From Limisphaerales bacterium (GTDB lineage: Bacteria > Verrucomicrobiota > Verrucomicrobiia > Limisphaerales > JADJPG01), in the NCBI GenBank assembly GCA_044230345.1, contig JBGARF010000013.1, positions 90,370 to 154,369 of the forward strand: a DNA stretch of 64,000 nucleotides, written 5' to 3'. The translations under genes were made by a program, and so were the position numbers. Under the pieces are notes generated by a model. The model saw nothing but the letters and a program-made list of their open reading frames with translations, was not told the origin of the DNA and ran no database searches. This document shows positions 8,765 through 17,325 of this stretch, piece after piece (within the stretch, counting starts at the first letter, position 1; every line of letters begins with the position of its first letter).

Positions 8765-10285
8765 CTAGGCCGCAGTGACGGACTGGGTTTGAGTCTGCGT
8801 CTGCGCCGAGTTGGACGGCCGCGGGTCGAAGGGTTCTTCTTCGGGGACCGGTTGATCGGCCAGAACCCAGGTGTCCTTGCTGCCTCCGCCCTGGGATGAA
8901 TTGACGACCAGCGAACCCTTCTTCAAGGCCACGCGGGTCAGGCCTCCGGGCATGACATAGATGTCCTTTCCATAGAGGATGTAGGGCCGCAGGTCCACGT
9001 GGCGGCCCTCGAAGTGATCCCCGCAGATGGTCGGCACCCGCGACAGGGCCAGAGTGGGCTGGGCGATGTAGTTGCGCGGGTTCTGCTGAACTTTCACCAC
9101 AAACTCGTCCACCTGTTCCCGGGTGGCGTGCGGCCCCACCAGCATGCCGTAACCTCCGGATTCGTTCGCGGCTTTGATCACCAGCTCGTCGGCGTGCGCG
9201 ACCACATGTTTCAAGTCGGCTTCCTCGGCGCAAATGTAAGTGGGGACGTTCGGCAGAATGATGTCCTCATCGAGGTAATACTTCACGATGCGCGGGACGT
9301 AGGCGTAGACGACCTTGTCATCGGCCACGCCGCCGCCCGGAGCATTCGCCAGAGCGACATTGCCGGCCTGGTAAACTTCCATCAGCCCGGGCACGCCGAG
9401 CATGGAGTCAGGGCGAAAACATTGCGGATCGAGGAAGTCATCGTCGATGCGGCGGTAAATGACGTCGACGCGTTCAAAGCCCTTGGTCGTGCGCATGCAG
9501 ACGAAACCGTCGTCGATGACGAGGTCACGGCCTTCGACCAGTTCGATGCCCATCTGCTGGGCGAGGAATGAGTGTTCGAAGTAGGCGGAATTATAGATCC
9601 CGGGGGTGAGCAGGACGCAGCGCGGAGTGCTGACATGGTCGGGCGCCAGAAACTCGAGCATGTCGCGCAGTCGTCCCGGGTAGTTCCCGACGGGGCGAAT
9701 TTTGGAGGCGGAGAAGACTTGAGGAAACATGCTCTTCATCACGGCCCGGTTTTCCAGCACGTAGGAAACGCCCGACGGACAGCGCAGATTGTCCTCCAGC
9801 ACGTAGATTTGGCCGTCGCGATGCCGGACGAGATCGGTGCCGGTGACGTGGCACCAGATGCCGCGGGGCGGCTTGAAGCCGCGGCACTGCTGGCGATAGG
9901 CCTTGGACGAGAGAATGATTTCTGCCGGGACAACCTTGTCCTTGAGGATTTTCTGATCGTGATAGAGGTCGTTGATGAAGAGATTGAGCGCGAAAATCCG
10001 CTGTTTGAGGCCGCGTTCGATGCGGGTCCATTCGGCGGCCGTGACGATGCGTGGCACGAGATCAAACGGAAAGATGCGTTCCGCGCCGGCGCGTTCGCCG
10101 TAGACGTTGAACGTGATGCCCATCTGGAGCAGGGCGCGCTCGGCGGCTTGCTGCCGATTGAGCAGCTCGCCGGACGGCATGCGCTCGATGTTTTGGACCA
10201 GCGTGCGGGCGGAGGCCCGGGGACGGCCGTTCTCGCCGAAGATCTCGTCGAAGTAATCACCGACCTCGTAGCCAGAGAATTTCAT
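8765..10285 (-). CDS. Circularly permuted ATP-grasp protein, type 2
   Basis: Track ORF 8765..10504 trimmed to ATG 10285 (MKFSGYEVGDYFDEIFGENGRPR...ITFNVYGE...FPFDLVPRIVTAAEWTRIERGLKQRIFALNLFINDLY...SQGGGSKDTWVL). The discarded upstream part runs through a 17-bp tandem repeat, which is not a multiple of 3. Confidence 0.9.
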   Translation of the reverse strand: MKFSGYEVGDYFDEIFGENGRPRASARTLVQNIERMPSGELLNRQQAAERALLQMGITFNVYGERAGAERIFPFDLVPRIVTAAEWTRIERGLKQRIFALNLFINDLYHDQKILKDKVVPAEIILSSKAYRQQCRGFKPPRGIWCHVTGTDLVRHRDGQIYVLEDNLRCPSGVSYVLENRAVMKSMFPQVFSASKIRPVGNYPGRLRDMLEFLAPDHVSTPRCVLLTPGIYNSAYFEHSFLAQQMGIELVEGRDLVIDDGFVCMRTTKGFERVDVIYRRIDDDFLDPQCFRPDSMLGVPGLMEVYQAGNVALANAPGGGVADDKVVYAYVPRIVKYYLDEDIILPNVPTYICAEEADLKHVVAHADELVIKAANESGGYGMLVGPHATREQVDEFVVKVQQNPRNYIAQPTLALSRVPTICGDHFEGRHVDLRPYILYGKDIYVMPGGLTRVALKKGSLVVNSSQGGGSKDTWVLADQPVPEEEPFDPRPSNSAQTQTQTQSVTAA

Positions 10286-10316
10286 AAGCCGGTTTTGGAC
10301 ATGTGTTTGGTGACCA

Positions 10317-10401
10317 TCCGGAACGAACCAGGATCCGGAACGAACCAGGATCCGGAACGAACCAGGATCCGGAACGAACCAGGATCCGGAACGAACCAGG
10401 A
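10317..10401. repeat. Tandem repeat, 5 x 17 bp (ccggaacgaaccaggat)
   Basis: Read directly: four perfect units and a fifth lacking only its final base. It ends 32 nt upstream of the ATP-grasp start codon (10285, minus strand). Confidence 0.95.
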
Positions 10402-10724
10402 ATACCGCGGGAAGGAGCAACGCCAGTGCCATGAACGCCGTGCCGGTGGTGAATGAGCGCGTCCAGCCCGAAGGACCGACTGGCCCCAGCCTTGGTTCCG
10501 GCACGAATCAACTTTGATGAATGTATTGAATGGTTATGATGCGGATGATCGAAGTGACTGGGATTTGTCCGGATCTTCTCGCGGTGACCAAATTCGGCCA
10601 GAGCCCGCCGCGCCGGTCGGCGGACGCGGAGGCGGCTTTTGGCCGGATGCGTTTGACCAACGTTTTACAATTTGCTGACCGACACGTGACAACTTGTGGT
10701 GCATCGTCGAGGAACGATCCGCCT

Positions 10725-11189
10725 ATGAAATCGACCGATCTGTTGCGGGCTTTGGTTCTGGCCTTTCTCGCATTCCTTCCGCCCGCGGCTCCGGCCGCGT
10801 CGGATGCGGACGTCACCCTCTTGAAGGTGAAGCGCGTGGTGATCGAGGAGAATTTGATCACGATTGTGGTCACGGAGGCGAGGACGCGGATCACCTTGAT
10901 TCGAGATGACCACGATCCGGCATTCAAAGGCGACACGTGGCACGGCATGCCCGTCACGAGAGTCCAGGTGATCTCGAACCAGGCTACCTTCATCATCAAA
11001 CGGGGACCTGAAGCCGCGCCGGGCGGGCCGCTGGCCAGTGCCTGGCAGGACAGCTTGAAGGCCGCCGAGGCATTGCGGGCGGGGCAGGAGGTTGGACGCA
11101 TTGGATTCTACGCCCCCGATATCGTGATCAAGGGCAACCTGATCGATTCCATCACCGGCGTTGGTTTTCTTTTTGCGAAGGGAAAGTGA
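10725..11189 (+). CDS. Small secreted hypothetical protein
   Basis: Track ORF 10530..11189 trimmed to ATG 10725. This gives a signal-peptide-like N-terminus, MKSTDLLRALVLAFLAFLPPAAPAASD. I recognise no family. Confidence 0.55.
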   Translation: MKSTDLLRALVLAFLAFLPPAAPAASDADVTLLKVKRVVIEENLITIVVTEARTRITLIRDDHDPAFKGDTWHGMPVTRVQVISNQATFIIKRGPEAAPGGPLASAWQDSLKAAEALRAGQEVGRIGFYAPDIVIKGNLIDSITGVGFLFAKGK

Positions 11190-11300
11190 CCGCCGGTTCC
11201 CGCCGCTTCCGAACGCTCCCGGCTCCCGGCTGCGTTCCGCTGCTTCCCATTCGGCTGCTGACGGGTCATAGTGCGCCGGCGGTCGGGCGATGACTCTGAC

Positions 11301-12380
11301 ATGGTGAAAAAAATTCTGGTGCTGGCGGCGGCGGGGATTGGCGATTGTTTGATCGCCACGCCGTTGATTCATGAGTTGAAGGCGAATTTTCCCGAGGCGG
11401 AATTGCATGCGCTGGTCGTGTGGAAAGGATCGAAAGATCTGCTGGAAGGGAATCCGCATCTGCATGCCATTCACCAGAAGAACCTGATTCGTGATGGCAA
11501 GCTGGATGGCCTGCGGTTTCTGCTCCGGCTGCGCCGCGAGAACTTTGATCTTTCGATCAACGCCCATCCGCAGGGGCGGATTCACTACCGGTTGGTGGCG
11601 AGGTTGCTGGGCGCGCGCCTTCGGGTGAGTCATGCCTATGAGAACGCGGGCTGGTGGGATCGGTTGCTGGTGCATCGGACCGTGCCGCAGGATTACGCGG
11701 TGCACACGGTGGAGAACAACCACCGCCTGCTGCCGCTCGTGGGGGCGCGTCCGAAGTTGACCTCGCATGATTTCGAACTGTTTCTGACTCCGGCCGAAGA
11801 GCAATGGGCCGCGGAGTATTGCGGACGGCACCAGCTGGGCACCGTTCGTTGTCTGGGAGTTCACGTGGGCAGTGGCGGAACGAAGAACCTGAAACTGAAG
11901 CGCTGGCCTTTCCCCCATTGGTTCGAGTTGATCGGGCGCCTGGCGAAGAGTCGCCCTGACCTGGCGATCCTGTTGTTCGGCGGGCCCGAGGAGCAGGATG
12001 AACATGGAGAGATTCTCGCCGCCACGCGGGGCTTGCGCGTGCTCGCGCCGGAGACCCGGAATTTGCGGCAGGCGGCCTCGCTCTTGAAACGGTGCAGCGC
12101 ATTTCTCAGTGTCGACACCGCCCTGATGCACCTGGCGGCGGCGGCGAAAGTGCCCAACCAACTCGTCATTGAAGCGCCGACCTTGAATCCGACCAATGTC
12201 CCCTGGGGCAATCCCTACCGGTTGATTCCGAACGCTGCCATCGGCGGACGCAACCTCCAATACTACCGCTACGACGGCGGACCGATGCGCGGTTCAGACG
12301 ATGAACTGCGCCGGTTGATGGCGTCGGTCTCCGTGGAGACGGTCGAAGCCGAAATCACCCGGACGCTGCCGCGAGCATGA
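11301..12380 (+). CDS. Glycosyltransferase family 9 (heptosyltransferase-like)
   Basis: MVKKILVLAAAGIGDCLIATPLIHELKANFPEAELHALV..., HVGSGGTKNLKLKRWPFPHWFELI and SVDTALMHLAAAAKVP match the GT9 / ADP-heptose:LPS heptosyltransferase pattern. Start taken at ATG 11301. Confidence 0.8.
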   Translation: MVKKILVLAAAGIGDCLIATPLIHELKANFPEAELHALVVWKGSKDLLEGNPHLHAIHQKNLIRDGKLDGLRFLLRLRRENFDLSINAHPQGRIHYRLVARLLGARLRVSHAYENAGWWDRLLVHRTVPQDYAVHTVENNHRLLPLVGARPKLTSHDFELFLTPAEEQWAAEYCGRHQLGTVRCLGVHVGSGGTKNLKLKRWPFPHWFELIGRLAKSRPDLAILLFGGPEEQDEHGEILAATRGLRVLAPETRNLRQAASLLKRCSAFLSVDTALMHLAAAAKVPNQLVIEAPTLNPTNVPWGNPYRLIPNAAIGGRNLQYYRYDGGPMRGSDDELRRLMASVSVETVEAEITRTLPRA

Positions 12381-12603
12381 CGATTTGGCCGGTTCTTTCG
12401 GCGTCCGCGGGAGGAAAAAGGGTCCTGCGCTACAAGCTTCCTGCGGCATCGTGCCGGTGCCGACCATCGAAAGCGCCCGCCGCCTCCGCATTGCTACACC
12501 CGAGGACAAGTACCCTGCGGGACGCCGCCGTCATCGAAACCGTTGATGGAACTCTTAGTTTATCAACTTTCAACGGCCGGCTGATCGGTGGTTGAGTCTG
12601 GCC

Positions 12604-15600
12604 ATGACATTCCTGGGAGTGTTGGTGGTCCTGGTCGCCGTGGGATGGCTCTTCGTCAAATTGAGCGAAAGCCAGGCGACCGTGGATCGATTGGAACGCC
12701 GAATGTTGGCGCTTGAGAATCGGCTGGACCGCCAAAGCGCGAAGCCGCCCGCGTTCGGCTTGCGCGAAGACGCGACCGAACCTGTCGTGCCTGAGCCCTC
12801 CGCGACGGCCGTTCCCGCCGAGCCGGAGCCTGTGGCCGTGCCGCCTCCGTTGCCGTCGCCGTTGGCGACGGCCGCCATGCCTGGCGCGGAGGCGATGTCT
12901 GCGGCGATGTCCGCGGCGACCTCGGAAGCGATGTCCGCGGCGGCGAAACCGGGGGTGACGCCGGCGCGACCGCCGTCTCCGGCTCTGGCTTCAGCTCCGG
13001 CTCCGATTCGAGTGCCATTGTCCGGGCTAAAAGCGGGTGCACGTCGTCCGGCGATAAACTGGGAGAGTTTTCTGGGGGTGAAGCTGTTCGCATGGTTAGG
13101 CGGTTTTGCCTTGTTCCTGGGGGTGGCGTTCTTCGTCAAGTATTCGTTCGAGCACAACCTGATCAGCCCGTTCCTGCGGGTGACGATTGGGTATGCCATT
13201 GGGCTGGGGCTCCTGGTGGGAGCGTGGTTTCTGCCGCGCGCGCGGCAGGCGGTCACGGTGCAAAGCCTGACCGCCACGGGCATAGTGGTGCTTTACGCCG
13301 ACACCTTCGGAGCCCATGCCCTCTACGGTTTTTTGGATTTTGGTTTCGGACTGCTGCCGGTCTTCGCGATCATGAGCGCGATCACCGTCCTGGCCTTTGT
13401 GCTCGCGGTGCGCCTCGACGCGCAGGTGGTGGCGGTGCTGGGCTGGCTCGGCGGATTTCTGACTCCCTGGTTGTTGTCGACGGGGCAGGACAATCCGGCC
13501 GGGCTGTTTGGCTACCTGGCTTTGCTCGATGTGGGATTGCTTGCCGTGGCGGTGCGCCAGCGCTGGAACTATCTGGCGTTGCTGGGGGCGGCCGCGACCA
13601 TGGTGATGCAGTTTGGCTGGGTGGCGAAGTTCTTCGTCGCAGCGAAGCTGATGGTGGGGATGACAGTCTTTGTGGGCTTCGCCGCGCTGTTTTTTGGTGG
13701 ATTTTGGTGGGCGCATCGAAGGGGCCAGGTCAATCGATGGGTGGTGGGCGCGGCCATGCTCGCCGCGGTTTCCGGATGGCTGTTCGCGGCCTATCTTCTG
13801 TGGCATTCGGATACGTCCATCGCGGGTCGAGTTTGGTGGTTGCTGGGTTACATCCTGATTTTGGATTTGGTGTTTGTGGGGATGGCGTGCTGGCGGGTGG
13901 AGCTTCGGCCGCTCTTGCCGGCTGCGGGCGCGGTGGTGTTTCTGCTCCTGATGCACTGGACGGTCCGGGCGCTGACGCCGGAGCGCCTGAATGCGGCGCT
14001 GGTGTTCTACCTTGCGTTCGCCGCGTTGCATGCGGCGATCCCGTTCTGGCTGGAATCCCGCCAGCCCTCGCCGGCGTCGGCGGTGTCCCTGGCCCGGTGG
14101 ATGCACGTGTTTCCGTCGCTGGGTTTGGTGCTCATTCTGGTTCCACTGTTCACCATGGGTAGCCCGAGCCTCTGGGTCTGGCCCGTGGTGTTGTTCATCA
14201 ACGTGCTGGCGATCGCGCTGGCAATCATGACGGCATCGCTGGGTTCCTTGTTGGCGGTCATCCTGTTGACCGCGCTAGGCGCAGCGGCGTGGATTTTTCA
14301 GCAACCGGTGAATGCGCCGGACCTCGCCGGATTGCTGACGATTGTCGGCGGCTTCTCGGTGTTCTTCGTCGGAGCCGGCCTGCTGGCTGCACGCAAACTT
14401 TACGGCCCGAACCTGGCGTCGCCTTCGCCGGGGGTTGGCGGGGCGGGACGGACCGTTGCCTTGACCCGCGAACAGTTCGGTCAGATGGCGTCGTTGTCGG
14501 CGTCGCTGCCGTTTTTGCTCCTGACGATGGCGGTGCTGCGATTGCCGTTGCCGAATCCGTCCGCCGTGTTCGCCGTGGCGGCGGGGTTGTCGGTCGGCTT
14601 GCTGCTGGTGGCGACGCGCAGCCGTTTTGACGGCTTGATGGCGGTGACGCTGGGCGGGGTGCTGGTGTTGGAATACGCCTGGCACGCAGACGATTTTCAG
14701 GCGCAGAACGCGGGGGTGGCGCTGGCCTGGACGGCGGGATTCAGCGCTCTCTTTTTTGCGTGGCCGCTCCTTGGTCGAAAGACGCTTGAAGCGCGGTCGT
14801 GGCCGTGGGCCGTCTCTGCCTTGGCCTGGCCGTTGCATTTTCTTTTGTTTTATTGGGCGGGGCTGGCGGCGTATCCCGACGCCGCCTATCCCGGCCTGAT
14901 TCCGGCGCTGTTGGCGGCGCCCTGCGCGGCGGCGTTGTTTTGGCTGGTGCGCAGCGAGCCGGCTGCCGCGGCTGGTGCGCTGGCTCGGCGCGCGTGGTAC
15001 GCCGGGGCGGCGTTGTTCTTCGTCACCCTGACCATCCCGATTCAGTTTGAGCGACACTGGATCACTCTGGGCTGGGCTTTGGAAGGCGTGGCGTTGGTGG
15101 CCTTGTTCCATCGCGTGCCGCATCCGGGTCTGCGGCTCACGGGGGTGGGCCTGCTGACGGCGGCGTTCGTTCGGCTCGCGATGAACCCGTGGGTGATTCT
15201 GGAGTACGAACGATCCGGGACACCGATCTGGAACTGGTATCTGTACACATACGGGGTGACCGCGTGCGCCTTGCTGGCGGCCGCCTGCTTGTTGGCGCCG
15301 CCTAGAAATGAAGTGCTGCGGCACAACATGCCGCCAGTGTTGTATTCGCTGGGCACGATCCTCCTGTTCCTGCTGGTGAACATCGAGATCGCGGATTACT
15401 TCAGCCCGGCGGGCGGGCGTTTGGTCTTCAATTTCTCAGCGGGTTTCGCCCAGGACATGGCCTACACCCTGGCGTGGGCTTTGTTCGCGTCGGCTTTGAT
15501 GACCGTAGGATTCCGAGCGCGGAATGCCGCGACGCGTTACGCGGGGCTGGGCTTGCTGGTGGCCACGATGATCAAACTCTTCCTGCACGACCTCTGGCGC

Positions 15601-15753
15601 TTGGGTGGCTTGTATCGGATTGGATCCCTGGTCGGACTGGCGGTCGTCCTGATCCTCGTGTCGTTCGTCTATCAACGTTTCCTCGCCGCCGGCGGATCTG
15701 GATCTGGAGCTGGAGCTGAGACCGGGAAGCCAGCCAATCCGTCGCCGCCGTGA
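12604..15753 (+). CDS. Polytopic membrane protein, DUF2339-like
   Basis: N-terminal TM helix, a short coiled segment (RLERRMLALENRLDRQ) and a Pro/Ala-rich linker are followed by more than 20 hydrophobic helices. Start is either ATG 12604 or TTG 12592. Confidence 0.8.
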   Translation: MTFLGVLVVLVAVGWLFVKLSESQATVDRLERRMLALENRLDRQSAKPPAFGLREDATEPVVPEPSATAVPAEPEPVAVPPPLPSPLATAAMPGAEAMSAAMSAATSEAMSAAAKPGVTPARPPSPALASAPAPIRVPLSGLKAGARRPAINWESFLGVKLFAWLGGFALFLGVAFFVKYSFEHNLISPFLRVTIGYAIGLGLLVGAWFLPRARQAVTVQSLTATGIVVLYADTFGAHALYGFLDFGFGLLPVFAIMSAITVLAFVLAVRLDAQVVAVLGWLGGFLTPWLLSTGQDNPAGLFGYLALLDVGLLAVAVRQRWNYLALLGAAATMVMQFGWVAKFFVAAKLMVGMTVFVGFAALFFGGFWWAHRRGQVNRWVVGAAMLAAVSGWLFAAYLLWHSDTSIAGRVWWLLGYILILDLVFVGMACWRVELRPLLPAAGAVVFLLLMHWTVRALTPERLNAALVFYLAFAALHAAIPFWLESRQPSPASAVSLARWMHVFPSLGLVLILVPLFTMGSPSLWVWPVVLFINVLAIALAIMTASLGSLLAVILLTALGAAAWIFQQPVNAPDLAGLLTIVGGFSVFFVGAGLLAARKLYGPNLASPSPGVGGAGRTVALTREQFGQMASLSASLPFLLLTMAVLRLPLPNPSAVFAVAAGLSVGLLLVATRSRFDGLMAVTLGGVLVLEYAWHADDFQAQNAGVALAWTAGFSALFFAWPLLGRKTLEARSWPWAVSALAWPLHFLLFYWAGLAAYPDAAYPGLIPALLAAPCAAALFWLVRSEPAAAAGALARRAWYAGAALFFVTLTIPIQFERHWITLGWALEGVALVALFHRVPHPGLRLTGVGLLTAAFVRLAMNPWVILEYERSGTPIWNWYLYTYGVTACALLAAACLLAPPRNEVLRHNMPPVLYSLGTILLFLLVNIEIADYFSPAGGRLVFNFSAGFAQDMAYTLAWALFASALMTVGFRARNAATRYAGLGLLVATMIKLFLHDLWRLGGLYRIGSLVGLAVVLILVSFVYQRFLAAGGSGSGAGAETGKPANPSPP

Positions 15754-15777
15754 GTGTTGCTGGACTCACCAGACATG

Positions 15778-15915
15778 AACCAGCGGACTGCTCCACCTCA
15801 CCCGGTTCCGACCTCGCGCGGGCGAGTTCGGAACCTGCCCTCTCCCCCGCAGGGTGGCGGAGAGGGGTACGCGGTCGACCGAATCGACTAACAAGTTGCT
15901 CGATCTCCGCGCCGC
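15778..15915. repeat. Dispersed structured repeat, copy A (partner at 42122-42258)
   Basis: Shared blocks are a[ag]ccagcgg[ag]ctgctccacctcaccc (24/26 identical) and ccctctcccccgcaggg[tc]ggcggagagg (27/28 identical). A hairpin between the blocks differs in sequence between copies but keeps its pairing. Confidence 0.75.
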
Positions 15916-16081
15916 CCGCCGGCGTGTCGATCCGGGCCCCGAAAGGCCACGACGTTGCCGACGGCCGATTCCATCACCGCGCGGTCGCTGAAGTTCCCCC
16001 TCTCCTTGGGGAGAGGGTTGGGGTGAGGGCGATTCGCTAGCGCTTTCTGTCTCCAGCCGCCGCCGCGGAATGACCGTTGAG

Positions 16082-16193
16082 GTGCCGACGAAGAGGTGCC
16101 GACGAAGAGGAGTCGACGAAGAGGAGTCGACGAAGAGGAGTCGACGAAGAGGAGTCGACGAAGAGGAGTCGACGAAGAGGTGCCGACGAAGAA
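16082..16193. repeat. Tandem repeat, 8 x 14 bp (gtgccgacgaagag x2, gagtcgacgaagag x5, gtgccgacgaagaa x1)
   Basis: Read directly. It ends 7 nt from the stop codon (16201-16203) of the minus-strand gene. A 14-bp unit cannot be coding. Confidence 0.95.
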
Positions 16194-16200
16194 CCGAGAG

Positions 16201-16869
16201 TTAGAAGCTGGATTTGGGGCGGCGGGCGCTTTCGGTTTCGTCTTCGCCGAGAATATTTTCGGCCATGCGGGGCAGGGCGGGGGACAATTCCTCGAGCAAG
16301 GCGCGGGAGTCCTGTTCAGACAAGCGAAGCGTTGGGCCGACGGCGTGGATGAAGCCCATGAGCGTCTGGCGTTCGTAGCTGCAGAGGCCCTGGAGGACGG
16401 GCAGCGAATAGACGGCGAGAGTCAGGCCGTAGACGAGCGTATGCCAGCCGTGGGCGAGTCCGCTGTCGACGGCTCGGAGATAGCGTTGGACGAGCCGGAC
16501 ATCGCGGAGGGGACGAAATCGTTTGAGCTGGGATTGGCCGACGCGCCGGCTGGCGGAGGCGAAGGGAGCGAGGATCGACTCGTTGGCGATCTCGTTGTCG
16601 AAGGCAATCAGCTCCCGGGTTTCGTTGCGGGCGGCGTGACGAAACGCACGTTGGATCGCGGGGAGTTCAAACGGAACCAGAATGTGCGTCTGATACGCCT
16701 CGAGAAACTGGCGCAGCGAACGGATGTCCGTGACGTGGTTGAGTTGGAGCGAGTGCGAGACGGTGCTGAAGGACACCAAGCCTTCGGACGAGCCGAGTTG
16801 CTGCACCAGCGGGTGCCAGTCTCCCAGCAGCTCCGTCGATTCCGGTTGTGGTTGCGGTTGATTCAACAT
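16201..16869 (-). CDS. Hypothetical protein, weak UreF-like (urease accessory family) resemblance
   Basis: 222-aa ORF with normal composition. The segments ASRRVGQSQLKRF, HGWHTLVYGLTLAVYSLP and CSYERQTLMGFIHAVGPTLRLSEQDSRALL loosely parallel UreF helices from memory. No urease genes lie nearby. Confidence 0.55.
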   Translation of the reverse strand: MLNQPQPQPESTELLGDWHPLVQQLGSSEGLVSFSTVSHSLQLNHVTDIRSLRQFLEAYQTHILVPFELPAIQRAFRHAARNETRELIAFDNEIANESILAPFASASRRVGQSQLKRFRPLRDVRLVQRYLRAVDSGLAHGWHTLVYGLTLAVYSLPVLQGLCSYERQTLMGFIHAVGPTLRLSEQDSRALLEELSPALPRMAENILGEDETESARRPKSSF

Positions 16870-17264
16870 GAGACCGCGCCTTCAGCACTCGGTGCATCCG
16901 GTGCTTGAACGGCCTGCATGCTATATCGGCACGCCCCGAGGTGGCCAACAGTAAAAGTTCTTCGGCCGTGACTTTTAATTGGAAGAATTTTTTCGCCGAC
17001 GCCGACGCCCCGCCGGCAGTCGCCCTCCGTCGGGTGTAGCGACGCGGTGTGTTCGAGTGTTTTCAGCGTTCGACGCTTCCGTGGGGCAGGCCCGCAAAAC
17101 CAGAGTGGTGATCTCGAAATCGATGCTCGTGCGGTCGGTGTAATCGGGCCGTATCTTCGCGTCCGTGACGCTCGTTGGAGTCGACTCGCGCGAACACTTT
17201 TCGTCTCGCGTTCTGGACCGTGATTCGTTGCGTGAGTGAGTCGCAAAACTTTGGAAGCCGGGCG

Positions 17265-17293
17265 TTGACACGTGCAAGGGCAGCTACTAGTCT
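17265..17293 (+). promoter_or_regulatory. Candidate sigma-70 type promoter (TTGACA - 17 nt - TAGTCT)
   Basis: ttgaca at 17265-17270, a 17-nt spacer, then tagtct at 17288-17293. This is about 33 nt upstream of ATG 17326 in a lower-GC spacer. Pattern match only. Confidence 0.3.
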
Positions 17294-17325
17294 GCCACAG
17301 CGTTTAACCCGTTACCCGGTATATC

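Noticed and set aside
10505-10545. Possible promoter TTGATG-15 nt-TATGAT in the AT-richer divergent spacer
   Set aside because: The spacer length is suboptimal and the site lies ~190 nt from the nearest start codon. The evidence is too weak to list as a feature.
10665-12260. 531-aa minus-strand ORF
   Set aside because: It is antisense to the small secreted protein gene and the GT9 glycosyltransferase gene. Its Arg/Gln/Pro-rich sequence has no motifs.
12377-12595. 72-aa ORF bridging GT9 and the DUF2339 gene with ATGA and TTGA overlaps
   Set aside because: The overlap geometry is attractive, but there are no recognisable features. GC3 is only about 61% by my count and the 3' third is AT-richer, like a spacer. 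I cannot support it as a gene without conservation data.
16082-16193. Tandem arrays (also 10317-10401 and 27762-27839) considered as CRISPR arrays
   Set aside because: The units are directly contiguous with no unique spacers and are only 6-17 bp long. No cas genes are present. These are simple tandem repeats.
16096-16908. Plus-strand ORF reading through the 14-bp array (MPTKRSRRRGVDEEESTKRS...)
   Set aside because: The repetitive N-terminus is generated by a repeat that is not a multiple of 3. The remainder is antisense to the better-supported 16201..16869 gene.
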